The translations under genes were made by a program, and so were the position numbers. Positions 50,226 through 57,267 of a stretch of DNA of 57,267 nt are shown piece after piece. This stretch comes from Catajapyx aquilonaris (lineage: Eukaryota). The stretch lies in assembly GCA_000934665.2 (NCBI GenBank), contig JYFJ02002434.1, positions 1-57,267 on the forward strand, given 5' to 3'. Under the pieces are notes generated by a model. The model was not told where the DNA came from and ran no database searches. It saw only the letters and a list, made by a program, of their open reading frames with translations. Every line of letters starts with the position of its first letter. The stretch's first letter is position 1.

Positions 50226-51102
50226 CTCACCAGTGACTGTAGTTCAGATGTGCCTTCATATATCAGGAGGAGGAGCCATCTTGAGTCGTCGTCGTCGTCC
50301 CCCCCCNNNNNNNNNCCCCCCAAGCTTGTGCGTGTAGTTGGAAAATCAAACACGGTTACGGAGCTGAGTAATGTCCTTCCTCCAAAAGTGTGGGTGTCTG
50401 TAGATTCGCACCAGTGGGTCATGACGCGACGGCCGCTACCGACTTGTAACCACCTGGTTATCCTCTGTGCCATCGTGCCTTATTCTCTATCTGTACCTTC
50501 CACTACTTCATGAACCACAACCCACAAGTCAGGATTCAATATAGCTCCTCATCTCGCTCTCACCCCTTTCTTCTTACCTGCAACATCTGCCAGTCAGGCC
50601 TATCTGTGACCCTCTCTCCTTCTCAAACGGCCGACAAGCCATTCTGCATAATGTTATACCAGTTAATTTTATGTTAGTCCCCTTGAAGTAACTGTTAGAA
50701 AGTCAAATAATGCTTCTTGGTAAGAAACTTACAAGTTAGTACCGGTACCCAAAGAATTACTGAACGCTATACTATAATTGCGGTGTTATTGGAACACCGT
50801 GTAGTTTATAATTTTTATCCACATGAAGGGGCTTCTTTTTCGATGCACACGTCATATGTATAAATATGGAATTACCAAATGGCCAGAACAATCATCTCAG
50901 GTCGATATTGGTGGAAATCGGGTGCCCCTTCTGACTCAAGTTGGCAATCTGATTTGAAAGATGTGGTGGACTTCAAGCCTACCAATGAAATCATAGCCAT
51001 GGGTTCTTTTTATAACTTGTTTACGTATAACCCAGTTGGGTATGAGAGATTTCCCCCGATCGTAGATATGACTTTTGAGGCAGGGGGTATATTATTTCTA
51101 GA

Positions 51103-51415
51103 GGGGAGACGCGGCGGAGTGGCGCTGCGGATACGTATGCGCCCACGGATGTAAGGGTCCCGGGTTCGATCCCAAGCCTGGGCATCCCCCCTTTCATCTC
51201 GTGCAGAGTTGGGCCGTCCATGGCTCCGTCTCGGGAGGAATCTGTGCTAGACTAATCCACCCGGAAGAATTCACAAAATGATCATACAACGACCTAGTAC
51301 CTATCCCCTCCCGCGGACCCAGACATTACGTAAAAGAAGGTCCAATGTGATGTAACCCCAAGGGTAAATAAAAGTCCGTGATGCATGTCTCCCAATGAGA
51401 TCAAGCACTCCCGGA
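51103..51415 (+). mobile_element. SINE type B, microsatellite-tailed subfamily
   Basis: Head and body as 3801; followed by (GAT)n(ATT)n(AGC)n to ~51526. Confidence 0.88.
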
Positions 51416-51448
51416 TGATGATGATGATGATGATGATGATGGTGATCA

Positions 51449-51505
<57 letters not shown>

Positions 51506-53016
51506 GCAGCAGCAGCAGCAGCAGCTAAATAATTCCCTGGGCCGGTTGTGCGAGGGGGGCCGGGGGAAGGGGAAGGTGGAAAGAGAGAAGGGGAAGCAGT
51601 GATAGGCCTATGATAATTTTCTGGAATAGACGTTAAATGTAAGACCAGTACGTAGTGCGTTCATGAAATGCCCTCCAGGAACAAGCTTGGAATGCTGTAC
51701 TTGGCTACTAAAATCGAGGATACAGAGGATATGCCGTTTTCACGAGTGTTTTTCGGATTATTATGTACATCTCTTTGTTTTCTTTTTGTAATGCCATGCT
51801 TGGAAACCTTTTGATTATTTTGTGTATTATTGTTGACGTACTGAAACGAAAAATCGCTAGGATAGCTGCAGCATTATTCAAAAAGGACTCGAGGGAAGAA
51901 AATGAGACACAGCACGACTTGGTCATGATGATTCCTGAATTTTATTGTCGAAATCTTCCGACGTTAACCACAGCCACTTACGACTTCAGCCACTTCAAGC
52001 ACGTGGGTTTCGACCTCATTAATCATCCTGTATTTTAGGCAACTGCGGTCGATTCTTGTTAGTGTGCACATGGCTATTGAAGAATACTAACTCCCTGTTC
52101 AGTGCACAGTACCTGCATGCCAGCGTAACTGGAAGGTGCATTTTGTATAAATGTTACATGTACGCGTGCGGACTACGCATAAGCCCTCTGATTGGCCCGC
52201 CGCCCATTGTTGCCGCCGCCTTCCCATTGGCCCGCGTTCATTGTTACCTCCACGTATTGTTACCGTGACGCCTCCGATTGGCCCCCGTTCCGAGCATGTG
52301 CAATGGGTGGAAGAACGCCACAGTCGCTTGCTGGACGTCAACGAGGCCACATCTCCTCTCCCGTGAAGACCCCTCTACCCTTCCACCTTCCTCTACCCAC
52401 GTCTTCACGGTGACCTCACAACAGGGGAGGGGAGAGGAGGGGGGAAAGAGGAATGGCCGAATTGGAACGTCGTAAACAAACCGAACATAGGCCAGGTCGG
52501 GATGTTGTTTATCAATGGTGCCAACTCCATGGACATTTATGAATAAAATAATTTCAGTTTTTTAAACACTGCAGAGTTCCATGGATGTTTATAATAAAGG
52601 GGAGTTATGAGCAATGAGAAAAACGTGGTCGGAAAGTGTGCATATAATCTAGATAAATGTGCGAGTAGACGCGGTATAAGTTGTGAATTTCTGTTCATAC
52701 GATAATTATTGTTTTTTTTTCAAAGGTATGGGTATGTTGAGGTGGGCAAATGCATATTTCCCAGCCAATGCAAAGGTGGAATTGCAGATGGGTCGCAGGG
52801 TACGGATTCACGGATATGTGAATGCACGGACGAACGGGTGGGGGTGAGGGTTATGTATATGGCTGGCTATAAGTCCGAAGCGATTAAAAATATGATGGGC
52901 ACTGCAGGACGCAGGCCTAGAAAAAGGAGCGAATAAGCGAGTGGTTTGCTGTGCCTGTACCATAGAAAAATGCGAGCGTAGCGAGGGTTTTTCTAGTGGT
53001 TTAAAAAAAATGGATA

Positions 53017-53090
53017 GTCCCTGTGGTCCAATAGGCGAGGGCGCGGGCCGACAGCTGTCCGAGATCTGGGTTCGAATCCCGGCGGGGACT
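53017..53090 (+). pseudogene. tRNA-like cloverleaf (pseudo-tRNA or fourth SINE head)
   Basis: Acceptor GTCCCTG/CGGGGAC, D arm GTCC/GGGC, stem CGGGC/GTCCG with 8-nt loop CGACAGCT, T arm CTGGG-TTCGAAT-CCCGG. Confidence 0.7.
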
Positions 53091-53598
53091 AATCTGAATC
53101 TGTCATTGGAAAATCCCTCTGACAACGTCTGACGAATGAAAGCTGCGAGATTAACTGGGTCTCTATCTCTAGTGCAACTTGCACTCCACTTGGAGGATTA
53201 ACGAGCGCAGCGAGAAGCTTCCGACCCAGGATTATTATGCTCACTGCTTCATGCTGATTACACTTTAATGCCAACGATTCCGACACGTCGCGTCGGTTTG
53301 GCCACCATGGTGGCTGGGATTGCAGTGGGAGGGGTGAGAGTTGAGCTCGAGGAATTGTCTCATGTTTAGTCAGCCAACTTCTAAGTGCAACAAAAATGTC
53401 GTTTGAGCGGAAAGGTAATATGCTCCAAAAGGCTTCAGATTCACGTTAATAAAGAGAGTGAAATTGAGCACTGTGAGTGGGTGTGTGTGTTGAAGGGGCA
53501 GCTGTTCGTATCTGCGTCACACAGTAGGGAAGGGAGGGGCACAGTGGTCCTTTCTATTTTTAAAATATGAGAAACCGGAAGGACATCTTCATCTGGTA

Positions 53599-53881
53599 CA
53601 GTGTTAGACATTAATCGCGTCATACTGCTAGCGACATTTTCCGACGTGCAAACGTGCAAATAGGAGTGACAGAGTGCGAGCCGTGCGAGAAAGAAATGGT
53701 AGGTCTTCGGTGACGTCATCGGCTGGGGGACAAGCCTTTTCTCTATTGCCCCCCCAGCCTGTGACGTCACCCAAGGCCTACCTCTTCTGATTCGCACAGC
53801 TCGCGCTCTTCCCTTCGATTTGCACGTCTGCCGCATCGAAAAATGTCGCTAGCAGTACGACGCGATTAATGTCCAACACTG
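53599..53881. mobile_element. 283-bp MITE (CAGTG family, longer spacer)
   Basis: TA-CAGTGTTAGACATTAATCGCGTC.TACTGCTAGCGACATTTT ... inverse-TA. Confidence 0.9.
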
Positions 53882-54760
53882 TACCTCGTGAAACAAGTCA
53901 CTATTGTGCATCCTGCCAACGTAACAGCCACCTGTGGGATGCCTGCGATCCAGCTATATCAAGGGAAAACTACTTGAAGGGTAGTGAAGTTACTTATAAC
54001 CCACAGTTTAAATGCAATGCGAGACGTAGATGCTGGGCATGACCCGGATGTAAAAATGTTATTGAATAGTGCCATCCTTTGTGCATAAATGCTGGAAATT
54101 CGGAAAGCGCCATTTGCAATTGAAGCTGCGATTCATAACAACGCAACGTGTTGTGGCGGCTTTCGCAGGTGGCAGCCGCCAGCAGGAGATGGCAGCACCT
54201 TACCTTACTGAGGGTTGTAAGGATGAGGTGGGAGGCAGGGTAGGAGGAGCGGGGAAGATGGTGATGGGCCAGGGTAGAGGGTGAACGTGTTTTGGGTAGT
54301 CTCCCTCCTGTGCACTCGGCTGGGGGACCTTTGGGCCCCATTGGTATACGTGAGTTGATGTGTATGACTGTGTACTGAGCGTGTGAGATTAAATACAGTT
54401 TATACAGGAACTGTGTCTCCTTTGTTGGGTGAGTGGAACAAGGGGTCTGGGTCTGGTCCCATGTGTCGTGCCCTCTTTAGCCGGGCGGGCACGTCAGTGT
54501 CAGTTGCTGCCCTCTGGGGCACAGTGTTACATAGACATATGGGCACCTCTTTGTGGGCGCCCACCCCTTTTGCCTCCGTACAGCAATTAATCTAATCGTA
54601 GGTTTATATGCTAAAGTTTTGACAGACACTAGTATGAAATAAAGTTCATGCGCCAAAGGATGTGGCAGGACAAGGTCTACTTTCCGGAGAGAGACGCTGT
54701 TTCACTTGTGTCCGCAGGTTGCAGTACAGAAGTCCCTTTTTATTATTTCCTACTCGACTA

Positions 54761-55699
54761 CTCGCTTTGCAAGGCGGTGGGGCTCCACACCCCCACCCCC
54801 CCCACCCTCNGGGGCTCCACACCCCCCCCCCCCCGCCGTGGGGCTGCGCCCCACTTGCGCGTAATTGGTCGGGCCCCAAGCAGGTTCCCCTCGGTCTCTG
54901 TAACTATGTCAGGGCCGCGGTGCAGGTGCACCAGGCTGCCCCCACGACCGCCACTCTCCGATGCGAACACGGCAAGTGTTTTTTACGCGAAAATTGGTCG
55001 GATTGAGGGCTCATCCGGTTACTAACCATCCACCACTGACGTCACCGCTAAAGGTCAGGAGTATCAGAATGCGTCTCTGACGTATCATTCACACGGACGA
55101 TTTGAGTTGAGAGTGGATCCAGATGGCAGCGGGAGTGGGGGTTGGGTGGCGGGGGTAAGAAATCCAACAGTGGTTCTCCCAGCCCTCTGTGACGCCGGAA
55201 AGTGCGAAATCTTTTCCATCCTATATCCTCTTATATCCTCTTCCTCGGAGAGGGGCTTTATACAGTGTGTATCTGAACTCAGTGCCCCGACGTATATGAC
55301 TCCCTTCCTAGCCACCAGAGGATCGATTTAAGTATATGAGGTCATATGTCTGGGCAGCCTCATTACTGAGATACACTCTTTAGCGATTTTTGCCTAATCG
55401 CTCCTTCTGACTTTTAAATAGAATTTTCTGGTGTAACTAGCCAAAGCGGCCTTACCACCTGTGGGCAACAAACCAACAAAGTCCCGCCCCCAGACCTTCC
55501 AGAGCCTTCTGACTGGGGGAGGGTTCGATGGGTGGCCTTACCGACAGGATATTTTGTACTACATGTTTGCGGCCAATTATCTCCGTAATGCGGCGGCCAA
55601 ACATAATGACTCCTATACTTAAATCGATCCTCTGGTGGCTAGGAAGGGCAATCATGTACGTCGGGGCACTGAGTTCAGATACACCCTGTATATTATAGA
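54761..55699 (-). mobile_element. Non-autonomous Helitron-like unit 1 (contains a MITE)
   Basis: Minus strand starts TCTATAATA(TA)TAAAGCCCC and ends GC-rich ..GCAAAGCGAG|T; direct repeat of 55700-56318. Confidence 0.65.
55263..55688. mobile_element. Tc1/mariner-type MITE, ~110-bp arms
   Basis: TA-CAG(T/G)GTGTATCTGAACTCAGTGCCCCGACGTA ... inverse-TA. Confidence 0.92.
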
Positions 55700-56318
55700 C
55701 TGGCTTTGCGAGGCGGTGTGGCTCTGAACCCCCTGTCGGGCTGAGCCCCACTTGCGCGCCTTCGCTTCGGCGCGAATCGGTCGGGTCCCGGGCAGATCCC
55801 CGTCTGTCTCCGTAACACTCCGAGGCCTGGTGCAGGTGCACCCGGCCGCGCCACACTTCCCCCACTCTCTGATGCGAACAGAGCAAGTATTGTTACGCAA
55901 AAATTGGTCGGAGCGGGGTGGTATACGTTTACAGAACATTCACGTGTGACGTCACCGTTAAAGGTGAGGAGTATAGAATGCGCCCTAGCTGACGTATCGT
56001 GAAAAAGGATAGGTGGGGTGGGGGCCAGGGAGTGTAAACAGATGTATGAGCGGGTGGAGGGGGCTCTCCGGAGAGAGGGTGGGCTATTGTTCTCCCGGGA
56101 TTAACGACCAGCAGATGGGCAAGGTCGCACATGCAAAATTCGACTTTTAATATATCTCGAAAACGGCTGGGAAATTTACGATTATGAGGATTTTTGGCAT
56201 TCTTATTTCGGGCGGAAGGAATCCAACGGTGGTACTCCCGAGTTCTCTGCGACGCCGCGCCGGGAAGTGCGAAATCTTTTGCATCCTATATCCTACATCC
56301 TCGTCAGGGGGCTTTATA
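55700..56318 (-). mobile_element. Non-autonomous Helitron-like unit 2
   Basis: Collinear with 54761-55262 (GCCCCACTTGCGCG, GGTGCAGGTGCACC, TGACGTCACCG.TAAAGGT, GTGCGAAATCTTTT.CATCCTATATCCT, GGGGCTTTATA). Confidence 0.65.
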
Positions 56319-56546
56319 CAGGGAGTAAATGAATTCAACCGACAAACTTGTAGGGGTAATAGAGGGGACCAACACAAACATATTTGACATAGGAACCCGT
56401 GTCCAGAAACGCCATCTAGAGGAGGTTTCATATACAAGGAACGTGTGCGCTCAGACGCGTCAGGCGGGCGGAGTTAGCGAGCGGACTGTTTAGTTGCTAC
56501 GTGGCGAGCGGATTGTACACAACGCGTTGTGTACAATCCGCTCGCC
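56319..56546. mobile_element. Left arm of a 23062/47084-family MITE ending in a perfect palindrome
   Basis: TA-CAGGGAGTAAATGAAT.. as at 47084; terminates in a 44-bp palindrome at 56503-56546. Confidence 0.85.
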
Positions 56547-57100
56547 GCTCTCATGCTACACCGGCAGGGTACTGTACAAAGTAGTACACTACTTTGTACA
56601 GTACCCTACCAGTGCAGTGTAGCATGAGAGCACCTTTTTCAGTGCAACCCGCAAGGCTAAAACCCGTCAACCAGGTTCCACCCAATGCATTTGCCTTGCA
56701 TTTGCCACTCTCCGCCACTCATTTCATTTCGAACAGAAAGTAGGACGTGACGTCACGCCGTACGGCCGTAATAAATGAACTGATTACTGCCGTATTTCTA
56801 ATCAAATACACATTTCAAGACGTATGTCTGTCCCTTCTTGTGACCTCATCAGATCCATACGGAGGCCTCGACATATGCCCTAGGGGTATCATTAGGGGTA
56901 GTATTTGGCTGGGAAGGTTCTTAGCGCATTGGAATTGACCTCCGAGGTCATCCTTGGCCACAGGAGGCGGAAAGGACTCTGGGAGTTGGCCCCCTGTTCT
57001 AATAATCCTCATATTGGTATAAACAAGTTGCCATGGAAATGGTCCTTCCTTCTCTCAAGGCCCAAGGGGTCACATCCACTTTGGTCACATCACCCTCTCC

Positions 57101-57148
57101 TCATGCCGCCACCTCCAGGCCTTTTCATGCCGCCACCTCCAGGCCTTT
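57101..57148. repeat. Perfect 24-bp tandem duplication
   Basis: TCATGCCGCCACCTCCAGGCCTTT x2. Confidence 0.95.
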
Positions 57149-57267
57149 CAATATATTCTTAGTCCGCCAAAAAAGCCCCCGTCCGTCTCCCCCTTCCCAT
57201 GCACTCCTCCATCCGTCCGCCCCCTCCTGTTCCATGCCCCCACCCCCACCCTACCCTCTTCCCCACT

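Overview
Eukaryotic, repeat-saturated non-coding DNA from a draft assembly (Ns at 29924, 30810, 50307-50315, 54810), probably an arthropod/insect intergenic or intronic region. I can support no host protein-coding gene, rRNA, genuine tRNA gene or CRISPR array, and I found no intact enzymatic system. The recognisable coding sequence is all decayed transposon. It comprises two L2/Crack-like LINE reverse-transcriptase remnants (11141-14800 minus; 39746-41027 plus with a 17-bp TSD) and a full-length but frameshifted Tc1/mariner (rosa/DD41D-like) transposon inserted in the first LINE, plus smaller transposase fragments. The rest is about 15 tRNA-derived SINE copies or fragments (three recurring head types), many fold-back MITEs (TA, TTA, TTAA, 8-bp and 6-bp TSD classes), Helitron-like units, a probable solo LTR and microsatellites, often deeply nested. 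The most system-like observation is a modular SINE network in which different tRNA heads share a central motif and exchange 3' tails. Several tails end in a covarying stem-loop with the same architecture as the 3' end of the local LINE. Superfamily labels rest on termini and TSDs read by eye, not on database searches.
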